Assembly (NCBI GenBank): GCA_018061005.1
Contig: JAGOVA010000005.1
Coordinates: 13,292-77,291 of the forward strand
Source of the DNA: Sterolibacterium sp.
Lineage (GTDB): Bacteria > Pseudomonadota > Gammaproteobacteria > Burkholderiales > Rhodocyclaceae
Direction of reading: 5' to 3'
DNA length: 64,000 bases
The notes under the pieces are model-generated. The model was not told the DNA's origin and made no database searches. It saw nothing but the letters and a program-made list of their open reading frames with translations. Shown here piece after piece: positions 16,826-27,816 of this stretch (within the stretch, counting starts at the first letter, position 1; the number at the start of each line of letters is the position of its first letter). Made by a program: the position numbers and the translations under genes.

Positions 16826-17449
16826 TCAGAGGCGATAGGCCGTCGTCGTCATGACTTTGGCAGCCAGGCGCATGGCCTGGCGGATGGGCGCGGGCAGCTC
16901 ACGCGCACCGTGATGAACAGCGGTGGCGGCATGGCTGGTTTCATCCACCCGCATCTGTTCAAGGATATCCCGCGTACGTAAGTCTTCCGCAGGCAGCCGC
17001 GCCTTGTGGCGCTCGAGGTGCGCTGCCACCTGACGTTCGGTTTCGGCAAGAAAGCCCAGATTCCAAGCATCGCCGCACTTGCCCGCGAGCACGCCCATCG
17101 CCAGCGCGCCGCCGTACCAGAGCGGATTGAGCAGGCTTTTGCGCCCGCCCAGTTCCGCGATGCGCCGTTCCGTCCAGGCCAGATGCTCGGTTTCTTCACG
17201 CCCGGCCTGCACCAGTGCCTGGCGGATGGTGGCATCGCGTGATGTCAGCGACTGCCCCTGATACAACGCCTGGGCACAGATTTCGCCACAGTGATTAACT
17301 CGCATCAGGGCGGCCACATGCGCGCGCTGGCGGGCATCCAGATCGGCTTCGGGCTGGTCGCAGCCTGGCACCGGTCGGTTGGTGGGAGCAGCGGCAAAAA
17401 CAGTCCGCAGCGCCTTGTCGAATTCAACGATCAGGGTGTCGATGGTCAT
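16826..17449 (-). CDS. coq7: demethoxyubiquinone hydroxylase Coq7
   Basis: 207 aa di-iron carboxylate protein ([31 protein letters not shown]). Confidence 0.9.
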   Translation of the reverse strand: MTIDTLIVEFDKALRTVFAAAPTNRPVPGCDQPEADLDARQRAHVAALMRVNHCGEICAQALYQGQSLTSRDATIRQALVQAGREETEHLAWTERRIAELGGRKSLLNPLWYGGALAMGVLAGKCGDAWNLGFLAETERQVAAHLERHKARLPAEDLRTRDILEQMRVDETSHAATAVHHGARELPAPIRQAMRLAAKVMTTTAYRL

Positions 17450-17988
17450 GGCTGCACCAGCGTGTTCGCGTCTTCGGCCAATAATTGTGGCCAGCGCGGC
17501 TGACGGTCGTCGGGGTGCGAAAACAGATGGCGCGCCAGTTCCGTCAAGGCTGCTTCATACACACCGCGTTTGAATTCGATGACGGTATCCAGCGGTATCC
17601 AGTATTCGTGCCAACGCCAGGCATCGAACTCGGGATGATCGCTGGCACGCAGGCAGACATCGGTATCGCGCCCGATCAGCCGCAGCAGAAACCAGATCTG
17701 CTTCTGCCCCCTGTAACTGTTGCGCCATTCGCGGCGGATCCAGTGACGGGGAACCTCGTAACGCAACCAGTCGCGCGTGCGGCCAAGAATGGCGACATGC
17801 TCCGGACGCAGCCCGACTTCTTCGTGGAGTTCGCGATACATGGCCTGCTCAGGCGATTCGCCCTTGTTGATACCCCCTTGCGGGAATTGCCAGGAGTGCT
17901 CGCGAATACGTTTGCCCCAGAAGACTTCGTTGTGACTGTTGACCAGAACGATGCCGACGTTCGGGCGATAGCCTTCACGGTCTAGCAT
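17446..17988 (-). CDS. rppH: RNA pyrophosphohydrolase (Nudix)
   Basis: [17 protein letters not shown]...[28 protein letters not shown] contains the Nudix box. Overlaps coq7 by 4 nt. Confidence 0.9.
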   Translation of the reverse strand: MLDREGYRPNVGIVLVNSHNEVFWGKRIREHSWQFPQGGINKGESPEQAMYRELHEEVGLRPEHVAILGRTRDWLRYEVPRHWIRREWRNSYRGQKQIWFLLRLIGRDTDVCLRASDHPEFDAWRWHEYWIPLDTVIEFKRGVYEAALTELARHLFSHPDDRQPRWPQLLAEDANTLVQP

Positions 17989-18113
17989 GGTGAACCTTCA
18001 ATTCTTGCAATTGGATTGCCGCTATTTTTTCACAGAACGCAGCGGAATAGAAGGAGCAGGCCGGGCGCGGTAGAATCCGGAACTTTCATTTCCCTGCCTT
18101 TCTCCATCCCATC

Positions 18114-19853
18114 ATGCGCGCCAGCCAGTTCTTCATCAGCACCCTCAAGGAAGCCCCCTCCGACGCCGAGATCGTCAGCCACCAACTCATGCTGCGCGCC
18201 GGTCTGATCCGTCGTCTGGCGGGTGGCATTTACAGCTGGCTGCCGATGGGGCTGCGCGTGCTGCGTAAAGTGGAAGGCATCGTGCGCGAAGAAATGAATC
18301 GCGCCGGGGCTGTCGAACTGCTGATGCCCGCCGTGCAGCCCTTCGAACTATGGGAGGAATCCGGTCGTGGTCCGCAATACGGCCCCGAACTGCTGCGCTT
18401 CAAGGACAGGCACCAGCGCGACTTCGTCATCGGCCCGACCCACGAAGAAGTCATCACCGACATAGTCCGCCGCGAGATCAAAAGCTATCGTCAGCTGCCG
18501 CGCCACTTCTACCAGATCCAGACCAAGTTCCGCGACGAAATCCGGCCGCGTTTCGGCGTCATGCGCGGACGCGAATTCCTGATGAAGGACGGTTATTCCT
18601 TCCACGCCTCCTTCGACGACCTGCAGCGCGAATATCGCCGCATGTACGACACCTACACGCGCATTTTCACCCGTCTCGGGCTGCAGTTCCGCGCGGTGGC
18701 GGCCGATACCGGCTCGATCGGCGGCACGGGTTCGCATGAATTCCATGTGCTCGCCGATTCCGGTGAAGATGCCATCGCCTTCTGCCCGGCCGCTGGCTCC
18801 GACTATGCTGCCAATGTCGAACTGGCCGAAGCCCTGGCTCCCGCCACGACGCGCGCCGCCCCCACCCAGCTGCTCAGCAGCACCCACACCCCCGGCAAGA
18901 CGCGCTGCGAAGATGTCGCCGCCCTGCTCAAGGTGAATGTGCAGCAGATGGTCAAGGCCATCGCCATCATCCGCACCGAGCTGGAAGCCGGTGAGCCAGG
19001 GCGCTTCGGTCTGATCCTGCTGCGCGGCGACCACACGCTCAACGAAATCAAGACCCAAAAACTGATCGGCGCTTTCCGCTTCGCGCGTGATGAGGAAATT
19101 GTCGCCGCCATCGGTTGCCAGCCTGGCTACATTGGCCCGGTCGACCTGCGCTACGCCCACGTCATTGCCGTTTATGCCGACCGCACGGTGGCGCGGATGA
19201 GCGATTTCATCTGCGGTGCCAACAAGGAAAACTACCACATGACCGGCGTCAACTTTGGCCGCGATGTGCCGGAGCCCGCGCTGGTGGATGACTTCCGCAA
19301 CGTGGTGGTGGGCGACCCTTCACCCGATGGCAAGGGGGCGCTCGAACTGTGTCGCGGCATTGAAGTCGGCCACATTTTCCAGCTACGCACCAAATACGCG
19401 GCGGCCTTGAAATGCAGCTTTCTCAACGAGCAAGGCCAGCCGCAGACCATGGAAATGGGCTGTTATGGGATCGGCGTTTCGCGCATCGTCGGTGCTGCCA
19501 TCGAGCAGGGGCACGACGAGCGCGGCATCGTCTTCCCCACCGCCATCGCACCGTTCCAGATCGTCATTGTGCCGATGGGCTATGCCAAATCGGAAGCCGT
19601 GCGCACGGCTACGGATCAGCTGTACGCCGAACTGTGCCAGGACGGTTTCGATGTCGTGCTCGATGACCGTGATGAACGCCCCGGCTCGATGTTTGCCGAC
19701 TGGGAACTGATCGGCGTGCCCCATCGCATCGTTGTCGGTGAGCGGGGGCTGAAGGAAGGCCAGATCGAATACAAGGGTCGCCGCGATGCCGAGGCCACCC
19801 TGCTGCCGCTCGAAACAGCACGGGCGACACTCCAAACAAAACTGTGCGACTGA
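18114..19853 (+). CDS. proS: proline--tRNA ligase
   Basis: 579 aa starting [44 protein letters not shown]. Confidence 0.95.
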   Translation: MRASQFFISTLKEAPSDAEIVSHQLMLRAGLIRRLAGGIYSWLPMGLRVLRKVEGIVREEMNRAGAVELLMPAVQPFELWEESGRGPQYGPELLRFKDRHQRDFVIGPTHEEVITDIVRREIKSYRQLPRHFYQIQTKFRDEIRPRFGVMRGREFLMKDGYSFHASFDDLQREYRRMYDTYTRIFTRLGLQFRAVAADTGSIGGTGSHEFHVLADSGEDAIAFCPAAGSDYAANVELAEALAPATTRAAPTQLLSSTHTPGKTRCEDVAALLKVNVQQMVKAIAIIRTELEAGEPGRFGLILLRGDHTLNEIKTQKLIGAFRFARDEEIVAAIGCQPGYIGPVDLRYAHVIAVYADRTVARMSDFICGANKENYHMTGVNFGRDVPEPALVDDFRNVVVGDPSPDGKGALELCRGIEVGHIFQLRTKYAAALKCSFLNEQGQPQTMEMGCYGIGVSRIVGAAIEQGHDERGIVFPTAIAPFQIVIVPMGYAKSEAVRTATDQLYAELCQDGFDVVLDDRDERPGSMFADWELIGVPHRIVVGERGLKEGQIEYKGRRDAEATLLPLETARATLQTKLCD

Positions 19854-20458
19854 AATACGCGGCGATTCTGTGCCTGCTGCTGGCCTGCCCCCTCACGGCG
19901 CAGGCGGGCAACCAGCAATACGAACCGCTCGCCGCCAGCGTTCGCGCCTCGTTGCAAGCCGCCATTGCCGATCGTGCCGCACCCGAACCGCAGTTTTCCA
20001 GCATCGAGGAAAAGATCAGCTGGCTATCCGAAATGTCGCGACGGCTGGAAAAACGCATGCCCGACCGCACCGGGCGTCTTGAATTTCTCAAAACGGTGTA
20101 TTACGAAGCCAAGCGAGCAGGGCTGGACCCGCAACTGGTAATGGGGCTGATCCAGGTCGAAAGCGGCTTCAAGAAATACGCGCTGTCTCCGGTTGGCGCG
20201 CGCGGCTACATGCAGGTGATGCCCTTCTGGGTTAACCTGATCGGCACCCGCGACAACAACCTGTTCCATCTGCGCACCAATCTGCGTTATGGCTGCACCA
20301 TCCTGCGCCATTACATCGACATCGAACGTGGCGATCTCTATCGGGCGTTAGGACGTTACAACGGCAGCCTGGGCAAACCCGAATATCCCAACATGGTGCG
20401 CGCCACCTGGGAACGCCAATGGAACTGGCCGGCCCGTTCTTATCTGACGGGCTATTGA
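19844..20458 (+). CDS. lytic transglycosylase domain protein with signal peptide
   Basis: Signal peptide plus an SLT motif ([24 protein letters not shown]). Confidence 0.85.
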   Translation: MRLKYAAILCLLLACPLTAQAGNQQYEPLAASVRASLQAAIADRAAPEPQFSSIEEKISWLSEMSRRLEKRMPDRTGRLEFLKTVYYEAKRAGLDPQLVMGLIQVESGFKKYALSPVGARGYMQVMPFWVNLIGTRDNNLFHLRTNLRYGCTILRHYIDIERGDLYRALGRYNGSLGKPEYPNMVRATWERQWNWPARSYLTGY

Positions 20459-20468
20459 GTGCCGCAAA

Positions 20469-21185
20469 CTATTCGCCCAGATACGCCGCCCGTACCCGGG
20501 GATCCGCCAGCAGCGTGGCGGACGCTCCCGTCAGCGTGATGCGGCCACTCTCCATGACATAAGCGCGTTGCGCGGTTTCCAGTGCCAGCCGGGCGTTTTG
20601 TTCGACCAGCAGGATGCTCACGCCCGTTGCCGCTACTTCACGGATGACCGCGAAAATTTTCTGCACCATGAGGGGTGCTAGCCCCATCGAAGGTTCGTCC
20701 AGCAGGAGCAGACGCGGCCGCCCCATCAGCGCGCGCGCCAGTGCCAGCATCTGCTGCTCGCCGCCGGACAGCGTACCCGCCAGCTGGGTCGCCCGCTCTT
20801 TAAGGCGCGGCAACTGGGTGTAGAGACGCTCCAGATCGTCGGCGACCTGTGGCTTGTCATGGCGGATATACGCACCCAGCGCCAGGTTTTCAGCTACGGT
20901 GAGGCGGGCAAAAACCCCGCGCCCTTCCGGGACGAGCGCCATACCACGCGCCAGCAGGCGGTGTGCGGGCTGCCGTGTGATTTCCTCACCATTCAGGCGG
21001 ATACTGCCGCGTGTTTGCGCCACCCCATCTTCCAGCAGTCGCGCCAGTGCCTTGAGCGTGCTCGACTTGCCCGCGCCATTGGCACCCACCAGCGCCACGG
21101 TTTCGCCCGCGCCCACTTGCAGGTCGATGCCCTGCACCGCCGCGATGCCGCCGTAATGCACTTCGAGTTGACGGACGTCAAGCAT
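20469..21185 (-). CDS. livF: branched-chain amino acid ABC transporter ATP-binding protein
   Basis: From MLDVRQLEVHYGG... with Walker A GANGAGKSS and signature LSGGEQQ. Confidence 0.9.
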   Translation of the reverse strand: MLDVRQLEVHYGGIAAVQGIDLQVGAGETVALVGANGAGKSSTLKALARLLEDGVAQTRGSIRLNGEEITRQPAHRLLARGMALVPEGRGVFARLTVAENLALGAYIRHDKPQVADDLERLYTQLPRLKERATQLAGTLSGGEQQMLALARALMGRPRLLLLDEPSMGLAPLMVQKIFAVIREVAATGVSILLVEQNARLALETAQRAYVMESGRITLTGASATLLADPRVRAAYLGE

Positions 21186-21978
21186 GGGGCACCTTGACCT
21201 CGTCACTGCCGATGCCCAGATAGGCTTCGATCACCCGCGCATCGCGCTGCACCACGGCCGGAACATCCTCGATGATTTTCTCGCCGTAATCGAGTACCGC
21301 CACCCGGTCGCACAAACCCATCACCAGTTTGACATCATGCTCGATCAGCAGCACCGTCAGGCCATCCTCGCGCAAGCCCTGCACCAGCACGCGCAGCGCA
21401 TCGGTCTCGGCGGCATTCATCCCGGCGGCGGGTTCGTCGAGCGCCAGCAGGCGGGGTTCGGTCGCCAATGCGCGGGCAATTTCCAGCCGTCGCTGGTCGC
21501 CATAAGAAAGATTGCGCGCCAGCTGATGCGCCTGCGTACCGATGCCCACATAGTTCAGCAACTCGATGGCACGGCGTTCGATGGCGGCTTCTTCCGCACG
21601 GGTCGCCCGGGTTCGCAATATCGCACCCAGCACCCCGCTGTGCGTTTTCAGGTGACGACCCACCATCACATTTTCCAGGGCCGTCATTTGCGCGAACAGG
21701 CGGATATTCTGGAAGGTACGGGCGATTCCGGCGGCGGCCACGCGTTGCGGCGCGCTGTGGTCGAGCCGTTGCCCGGCAAAGCGGAAATGTCCCTGGTCAG
21801 CGCGATACAGCCCGCTCAACACATTGAAAAAGCTGGTCTTGCCCGCCCCATTCGGCCCGATCAGGCCGTAAATCTCACCTTCATTGATGTGCAGCGACAC
21901 GGCATGCAGCGCGCGCACGCCGCCAAAGTGTTTGCTGATGGCCTGTGCTTCGAGCAAGAGCGGACGCGCACTCATCAT
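21178..21978 (-). CDS. livG: branched-chain amino acid ABC transporter ATP-binding protein
   Basis: From MMSARPLLLEAQAISKHFGG... with Walker A GPNGAGKTS. The start overlaps the livM stop by 4 nt. Confidence 0.9.
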   Translation of the reverse strand: MMSARPLLLEAQAISKHFGGVRALHAVSLHINEGEIYGLIGPNGAGKTSFFNVLSGLYRADQGHFRFAGQRLDHSAPQRVAAAGIARTFQNIRLFAQMTALENVMVGRHLKTHSGVLGAILRTRATRAEEAAIERRAIELLNYVGIGTQAHQLARNLSYGDQRRLEIARALATEPRLLALDEPAAGMNAAETDALRVLVQGLREDGLTVLLIEHDVKLVMGLCDRVAVLDYGEKIIEDVPAVVQRDARVIEAYLGIGSDEVKVPHA

Positions 21979-23051
21979 GGGTGCGCCGGCAGCGATGTGG
22001 CCGACGCACGCAGCGTCCGTGTCCGCTGCGGCCACAAGCCTGCCGGTCGCCAGCGCATCATCAGCACCAGCGCCAGACCAAACAGCAACATGCGCAGCAC
22101 TTCCGGCTCCAGCCAGATTTTGCCAAACACGGCCATTTGCAGCGGTGCGACGGTGTAGCGCAGGAGTTCCGGCACAAAAGACAGCAGCAATGCGCCGCCC
22201 ACCACGCCCCAGACATTCCCCATGCCGCCCAGCACCACCATGACGAGGATCATTACCGACTCGGTGAATACAAAACTTTCCGGGCTGATAAACCGCTGAA
22301 TCGACGCGAACATGCCTCCGGCGACACCGCCGAAACTCGCGCCCATGGCAAACGCCAGCAGCTTGATGCGACGCGTGTCGATGCCAATGGCGCGCGCCGC
22401 CACTTCGTCTTCACGGATGGCCTCCCAGGCGCGGCCAATGCGTGAGTCCTGTAGTCGCAGATTGATGACGATCACGGCCAGCAACAGGAGCAGCAACAGA
22501 TAGTAATACTTCATCGGCCCACTGAACGTGAGACTCAGCCAGGTATCGCTGCGGCCAAAGTCGATCGGCCCTAACACCACCGGATCGATGCGACCGATGC
22601 CCTGCGGCCCGTTGGTGAGATTGACCGGACGCGCCAGATTGTTGAGGAAAATCCGCACGATTTCACCAAAACCCAGGGTGACGATGGCCAGATAATCGCC
22701 GCGCAGCTTCAGCGTTGGCGCGCCCAGCAGCACGCCACACAGCGCGGCGGCCAGCGCACCCAGAGGCAAAATGAGCCAGACCGGCAGATGCAGGCCGAAA
22801 TGCGGCGAGGCCAGCAGGGCATAAACATACGCACCGACCCCGAAGAAGGCGACGTAGCCCAGATCGAGCAGGCCGGCAAAGCCAACGACAATGTTGAGCC
22901 CCAGCGAAAGGAAGATGAACAGGATGGCCAGATTGGCGATCCGCAACCAGGCCGTACCAGCAGCGGCCAGCGCGAAAGGCAAAGCCAGCAGCGCCAGCGT
23001 GATGAGAAATATGCCCAGACGGGCGTTGCGGCGGGGCATGTTCATGAACAT
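21975..23051 (-). CDS. livM: branched-chain amino acid ABC transporter permease
   Basis: 358 aa polytopic permease (GFAGLLDLGYVAFFGVGAY). Confidence 0.9.
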   Translation of the reverse strand: MFMNMPRRNARLGIFLITLALLALPFALAAAGTAWLRIANLAILFIFLSLGLNIVVGFAGLLDLGYVAFFGVGAYVYALLASPHFGLHLPVWLILPLGALAAALCGVLLGAPTLKLRGDYLAIVTLGFGEIVRIFLNNLARPVNLTNGPQGIGRIDPVVLGPIDFGRSDTWLSLTFSGPMKYYYLLLLLLLAVIVINLRLQDSRIGRAWEAIREDEVAARAIGIDTRRIKLLAFAMGASFGGVAGGMFASIQRFISPESFVFTESVMILVMVVLGGMGNVWGVVGGALLLSFVPELLRYTVAPLQMAVFGKIWLEPEVLRMLLFGLALVLMMRWRPAGLWPQRTRTLRASATSLPAHP

Positions 23052-24037
23052 CAGGCGCGATCGGCCACCCGCTCACCGAGCAGGCCGGAGGGACGAAAAA
23101 CCAGGACGAGTATCAGCACGACAAAGGCGAATACGTCCTGATAGTTACTGCCAAACAGCACCAGATTGCCGCCATGGGCGCATTGATCGGCCCACAGACG
23201 GGCGAGCGGCGCGTACTGGCACAAATCGCTGAGATCGCCGATGTAGCCCGTTCCCAGTGCCTCGACCAGCCCCAGCAGCAGGCCACCGACCATTGCGCCG
23301 GGGATATTGCCGATGCCGCCCAGCACCGCCGCAGAAAACGCTTTCATGCCCAGCAACGAGCCCATCGCGTAATGCGCCACGCCGTAATACATGCCGACCA
23401 GCAGGCCAGCGACGGCCGCCAGTGCCGCACCCATGACGAAGGTGACGGCAATCACGCGATCCACATCCACGCCCATCAAGCGCGCCACATCGGCATTTTC
23501 TGCGGTGGCGCGCATGGCAGCACCCAGGCGGGTGCGATACACGATCAGTGCCAGCCCGGCCATCATGGCCAGACAGATAAGGAGGATGGCGATCTGCAGA
23601 CTGCTGATGCGGGCACCGGCCAGCGCGTAGGTCGTATCTGGCAGGATTTGCGGAAAGGCCAGGGTATTCCGGCTCCAGAACACCATCGCCAGCTGTTGCA
23701 GGATGATGGACATGCCGATGGCGGTAATCAGCGGTGCCAGACGCGGTGCGCGGCGTAGCGGGCGATAGGCGACGCGTTCGAGAAAATAGCCCAGTGCCAT
23801 GCAGGCGGGCATCGCCACCGCCAGCCCCGCCAGCACACAGACCAGCGGCGGCAGGCCGTGCCCGGTAAGGGCCATGATGACGGACAGCGCGATCATCGCG
23901 CCGATCATCACCACCTCGCCGTGGGCAAAATTAATGAGCTGGATGATGCCATAGACCATCGTGTAGCCGAGGGCGACGATGGCGTACAGGCTGCCCAGGG
24001 TCAGGCCATTGATGAGTTGCTGGAGCAGGATATCCAC
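23051..24037 (-). CDS. livH: branched-chain amino acid ABC transporter permease
   Basis: 328 aa (MDILLQQLINGLTLGSLYAIVALGYTMVYG). Confidence 0.9.
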   Translation of the reverse strand: MDILLQQLINGLTLGSLYAIVALGYTMVYGIIQLINFAHGEVVMIGAMIALSVIMALTGHGLPPLVCVLAGLAVAMPACMALGYFLERVAYRPLRRAPRLAPLITAIGMSIILQQLAMVFWSRNTLAFPQILPDTTYALAGARISSLQIAILLICLAMMAGLALIVYRTRLGAAMRATAENADVARLMGVDVDRVIAVTFVMGAALAAVAGLLVGMYYGVAHYAMGSLLGMKAFSAAVLGGIGNIPGAMVGGLLLGLVEALGTGYIGDLSDLCQYAPLARLWADQCAHGGNLVLFGSNYQDVFAFVVLILVLVFRPSGLLGERVADRA

Positions 24038-24061
24038 GCGTGTGCCCCGAGCCGCCCGTGC

Positions 24062-25309
24062 TTACCTGGCCGCTGCGCCACCATGGGCGATGAAGTCTTC
24101 ATAACGAATGAGCTGGCCGCTCTTGATGATGGCCAGGGGCGTGATCTTGCCAGCACGGGCAGTGAAAATGGTCATTTCCGCTGCTTTGCGATCGCCCTTG
24201 GCATCAAACTCGATGTGACCGGTCGCCCCGTCATATTTAATCTGCGCCAGCGCGGGCAGATATTTGGCCGGGTCGCTGGAGTCCGCCTGTTTCATGGCGG
24301 CAATCAGCAGATTGGCGGCATCATAGGTAAATGGGCCGTACAACAGCGGCTCGCTCTTGAAGCGCGTCTGATACGCCGCAAGAAACGCCGGATTCGCGGC
24401 CTGCACGGGAATCCCTGCCTGCGAGCAATACATGCCTTCGATCGCACTGCCGGCCAGTTCCACCATTTTGTCGGTACATCCGCCATCACCAAAACTGAAC
24501 GGCACGTTCAGCCCCAGTTCGCGCGCCTGTTTGATCAGCGGGCCAGCGGTGTCATCCATGCCACCATAGAACACGGCATCGGGCTGCTTGCCCTTCAGCT
24601 TGGTGAGAATGGCCTTCCAGTCTGTGGTCTTGTTGGTGCCCTGCTCGCGCGGCAGCACCTGGACACCGGCGGCCTTCAAGGCTTTCTCGACTTCATTGGC
24701 CAGGCCGGCACCATACGCCGTCGCATCATCAATGATCGCCACGCGTTTGGGCTTCACTTCGGTCAACAGATAATGCGCCACGGCCGGGCCTTGCTGGTCA
24801 TCACGCCCCACAATCCGGAACACATGCCTGAAGCCTTGCTCGGTCAGCTGCGGATTGGTGGCCGAACCGGAAATCATCGGCACGCCGGCCTGTTCATACA
24901 GCGCCGACGCGGGCACGGTGGTGCCGGAATTGAGATGGCCGACCACGCCCGCAACCTTCGCATCGATCAGCTTCTGGGCGACCGTCGTGCCGACTTTCGG
25001 GTCGCTCTGGTCGTCCTCGCTTTGCAACTCGAACTGCACCTTGTGACCCCCGATGCGGATCTCCTGGGCATTGGCCTGTTCCAGCGCCAGTCGCACGCCG
25101 TATTCGTTGTCCTTGCCCAGGTGCGCACCGCCCCCGGTCAGCGGTGAAGCCTGGCCGATGCGGATGAGGGTCACATCAGCCGGCGGTGTCTGCGCGGCGG
25201 CCGTCTGCGGTGCTGCCGGTTGCTTGCCACAGGCCGACAACAACAAAACGGACAAAATGGACAAAAGGGCAGCGCAGCCCCATGGGGAACGGAAAAAAGG
25301 CAGGTTCAT
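24062..25309 (-). CDS. branched-chain amino acid ABC transporter substrate-binding lipoprotein
   Basis: From ATG 25309 (MNLPFFRSPWGCAALLSILSVLLLSACG, a lipobox). Type I periplasmic binding fold. Confidence 0.9.
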   Translation of the reverse strand: MNLPFFRSPWGCAALLSILSVLLLSACGKQPAAPQTAAAQTPPADVTLIRIGQASPLTGGGAHLGKDNEYGVRLALEQANAQEIRIGGHKVQFELQSEDDQSDPKVGTTVAQKLIDAKVAGVVGHLNSGTTVPASALYEQAGVPMISGSATNPQLTEQGFRHVFRIVGRDDQQGPAVAHYLLTEVKPKRVAIIDDATAYGAGLANEVEKALKAAGVQVLPREQGTNKTTDWKAILTKLKGKQPDAVFYGGMDDTAGPLIKQARELGLNVPFSFGDGGCTDKMVELAGSAIEGMYCSQAGIPVQAANPAFLAAYQTRFKSEPLLYGPFTYDAANLLIAAMKQADSSDPAKYLPALAQIKYDGATGHIEFDAKGDRKAAEMTIFTARAGKITPLAIIKSGQLIRYEDFIAHGGAAAR

Positions 25310-25436
25310 GAGCAGCTCGTAAAGTAAGGGCGACAAAAAACATCAACCGCGGGATTTTGCCTCAGCCCCGCGCCATGTCAACGCATGTTTGAACGATGCG
25401 GAGACTACCAGCCGCACCTTGACGAACCCACACAAT

Positions 25437-25464
25437 AAAAAACCAGCCCGCAGGCTGGTTTTTT
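25437..25464. terminator. bidirectional intrinsic terminator
   Basis: aaaaaaccagcc-cgca-ggctggtttttt is a perfect palindrome with A and T tracts. It lies 19 nt downstream of the cytochrome c stop. Confidence 0.85.
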
Positions 25465-25482
25465 GTGCAACGACACGCTGAA

Positions 25483-25824
25483 TTACTTGGCGCCGGCCAG
25501 AATCCACTTGACGAGTTTCTTGACATCGTCGTCCTTGACGGCGGTGTTGGGGGGCATGGCCGAACCCATCTTCCAGACTTCACCGCCTGTCGCCCCCGTG
25601 CCCTTCTTGACACGATCAAACAAACGGGCTTCAGCCGCCTTGTCGCCGGCGTACTTCTTGGCGACGTCTTGATAAGACGGACCAACCAGCTTCTTTTCAA
25701 CGGTGTGGCACGCCATGCAGTTGCTCTTCTTGGCCAGTGCCAGTTCGGCGCTGTCAGCAGCCAGAGCAGGAGCAGAAGCCAGCACAAAGGCGGCGGCCAG
25801 AGAAGCGGTGATGAGATGTTTCAT
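25483..25824 (-). CDS. class I c-type cytochrome (c551/c552-like)
   Basis: From ATG 25824 (MKHLITASLAAAFVLASAPALA signal, CMACH heme motif, distal Met region). AAGAGGA Shine-Dalgarno upstream. Confidence 0.85.
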   Translation of the reverse strand: MKHLITASLAAAFVLASAPALAADSAELALAKKSNCMACHTVEKKLVGPSYQDVAKKYAGDKAAEARLFDRVKKGTGATGGEVWKMGSAMPPNTAVKDDDVKKLVKWILAGAK

Positions 25825-26061
25825 AATATCCTCTTGGGTGGTTAATGCGAAAAACGCAAGGAAACACAAAAATCTGAGTCAAACAGAGGCCATGTTACTG
25901 CAATACAGGCCTTTTGAAAACATCTTTACACTTATTTACATGTAGCAGAAGAAGATGCACGCCAGTTCATCCAGGCGTACAGAAAGAACGTTTCGCGCAC
26001 GCCTTGCGTTGACAAGCCGGGGAGGGAAAACCGGGGCACGGTGTGATCAAGGTGATCACGC

Positions 26062-27441
26062 TCACTCCAGCAAGCCATTGATGGCGGCGATATCCTGTTC
26101 GTTCAAAGTACCAATGGCCGCTTTCAGTTTCAGTTGCCCCATCAAAGTCTGCAGACGCGCCTTGGCCAGGTCGCGACGGGTCGATGAAACCTGTTGCTGG
26201 GCATTGAGCACGTCAATATTGACGCGCACGCCGACTTCGTAACCCAGCTTGTTGGAATCCAGCGCCGACTGCGAAGACACCAGCGCCTGTTCCAGCGCCT
26301 TGGACTGCGCCAACCCCGAGGTCACACCCAGATAGGCCTGGCGCGCGCCCAGCATGGCCATGCGCTGTACATTGTCGAGATCAAACTTGGCCTTCTCGCG
26401 CAAAGCCACTGCTTCACGCGTGCGGGAAACCGTGAGACCGCCACTGAAAATCGGAATATTGAGCTGCAGGCCAACGACGGTCGCATCGGTATCCGTCCCG
26501 CCAAACAAGGCGCTGTTGCCATTGGTCTGGCGACCGTGCTGCGCCACCAGGTCGAGCGTGGGCATATGACCTGCCCGGTTTTTCTCGAATTCCCGGTTGG
26601 AAATTTCAAACGCGGTCTTGCCGAGCTGGACGTTAAGATTGTCTTTACCCGCTGCCTCAACCCATTGATTGATATCTTCCGGTTCCGGGGCGGCCAACTG
26701 AACTCCGCTCTTGAGCCCCTTCAATTCTTCAGGCTCCTTGCCGATCAAAGCCATCAATACCTGTTTTTTGACGAGCAGGTCATTCTGTGCGGCGATAACG
26801 CTGGCAGACACCAGATCGTGCCGCGCCTGGGCTTCGTGAGTATCGGTAATCGTTGCCGTGCCTACTTCGAAATTGCGCTTGGCCGCAGCCAGTTGCTCTG
26901 CAATGGCGGTCTTTTGCGTATCCGCCGTAGCGACATCTTCCTGCGCCTGCAGCACATCGAAATACGCCTGCGCCACCCGCTCGATCAGTTCCTGTTTGGC
27001 GAGGGAATACTGGATTTCAGTCGTGGCGACCGATAGCTCCGCCTGCTTGTAAGTAGCCCAGTTCTGCCAGCGGAACAGCGGCTGCGCCAGACTGACCCCC
27101 CAGGAATGGGTGTTATAGCGCGCCGAAGACTGGGTCGGAATGAACGGCCCGAGGAAGGGGCCGATATAAGGCCCCAGCGACAAGGTCGGCGAAACCCGCA
27201 AGCGCGTCGAAGTGTCGTTCCACTTGGTATCTGCCGTGAAATTGATTTGCGGCTTGAGACCCGCCTTGGCCTGCGGCAGTTTTTCCAGCCCGGCATCGCG
27301 CGAGGCACGCGCCGCAGAAAACTGCGCGTCATAGCTCATGGCATCGCGATACACGCTGAGCAGGTCGGCTGCCAGGGCGGAAAACGGAAAAACCGCAGCC
27401 CCCAGAATGATTCCCAGCCGTAACGATCTTGTTTTTTTCAT
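26062..27441 (-). CDS. tolC: TolC-family outer membrane channel
   Basis: MKKTRSLRLGIILGAAVFPFSALAADLLSVYRDA... with TolC repeat architecture. ATG 27441 has better Shine-Dalgarno spacing than 27450. Confidence 0.9.
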   Translation of the reverse strand: MKKTRSLRLGIILGAAVFPFSALAADLLSVYRDAMSYDAQFSAARASRDAGLEKLPQAKAGLKPQINFTADTKWNDTSTRLRVSPTLSLGPYIGPFLGPFIPTQSSARYNTHSWGVSLAQPLFRWQNWATYKQAELSVATTEIQYSLAKQELIERVAQAYFDVLQAQEDVATADTQKTAIAEQLAAAKRNFEVGTATITDTHEAQARHDLVSASVIAAQNDLLVKKQVLMALIGKEPEELKGLKSGVQLAAPEPEDINQWVEAAGKDNLNVQLGKTAFEISNREFEKNRAGHMPTLDLVAQHGRQTNGNSALFGGTDTDATVVGLQLNIPIFSGGLTVSRTREAVALREKAKFDLDNVQRMAMLGARQAYLGVTSGLAQSKALEQALVSSQSALDSNKLGYEVGVRVNIDVLNAQQQVSSTRRDLAKARLQTLMGQLKLKAAIGTLNEQDIAAINGLLE

Positions 27442-27487
27442 GACGGACATTCCTTATTCCGCGAACAAATTCAATGGCAATTCAAAC

Positions 27488-27811
27488 TCAATAAGACGGC
27501 ATGGCGGGCTCGACCTGACGCGCCCAGTCCGCCACACCCCCGGCAAGATTCGTGACCTGCGTAAACCCCTGCCGCTCCAGGAACAGCGCAATCTGCTGAC
27601 TACGCTGGCCATGATGACAGATCAACACGGTTTCAGCGTCGGCATCCAGCTCGCCACAACGGCTCGGGATGCTGTTGATCGGCATGGCCATGGCACCGTC
27701 GATGTGACACAGCGCGAACTCCCACGGCTCACGCACGTCCACCAATACAGGACGCGGCCGTTGCGTATCGGCCAGCCAGGCCGCAAGTTGTGGCGCGCTG
27801 ATCTGTCGCAT
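27488..27811 (-). CDS. rhodanese-like domain protein
   Basis: From ATG 27811. Active-site loop region ICHHGQRS. Confidence 0.85.
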   Translation of the reverse strand: MRQISAPQLAAWLADTQRPRPVLVDVREPWEFALCHIDGAMAMPINSIPSRCGELDADAETVLICHHGQRSQQIALFLERQGFTQVTNLAGGVADWARQVEPAMPSY

Positions 27812-27816
27812 CAGGT

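Noticed and set aside
23858-25147. 429-aa plus-strand ORF
   Set aside because: It is antisense to livH and the substrate-binding protein gene, with shadow-ORF composition.
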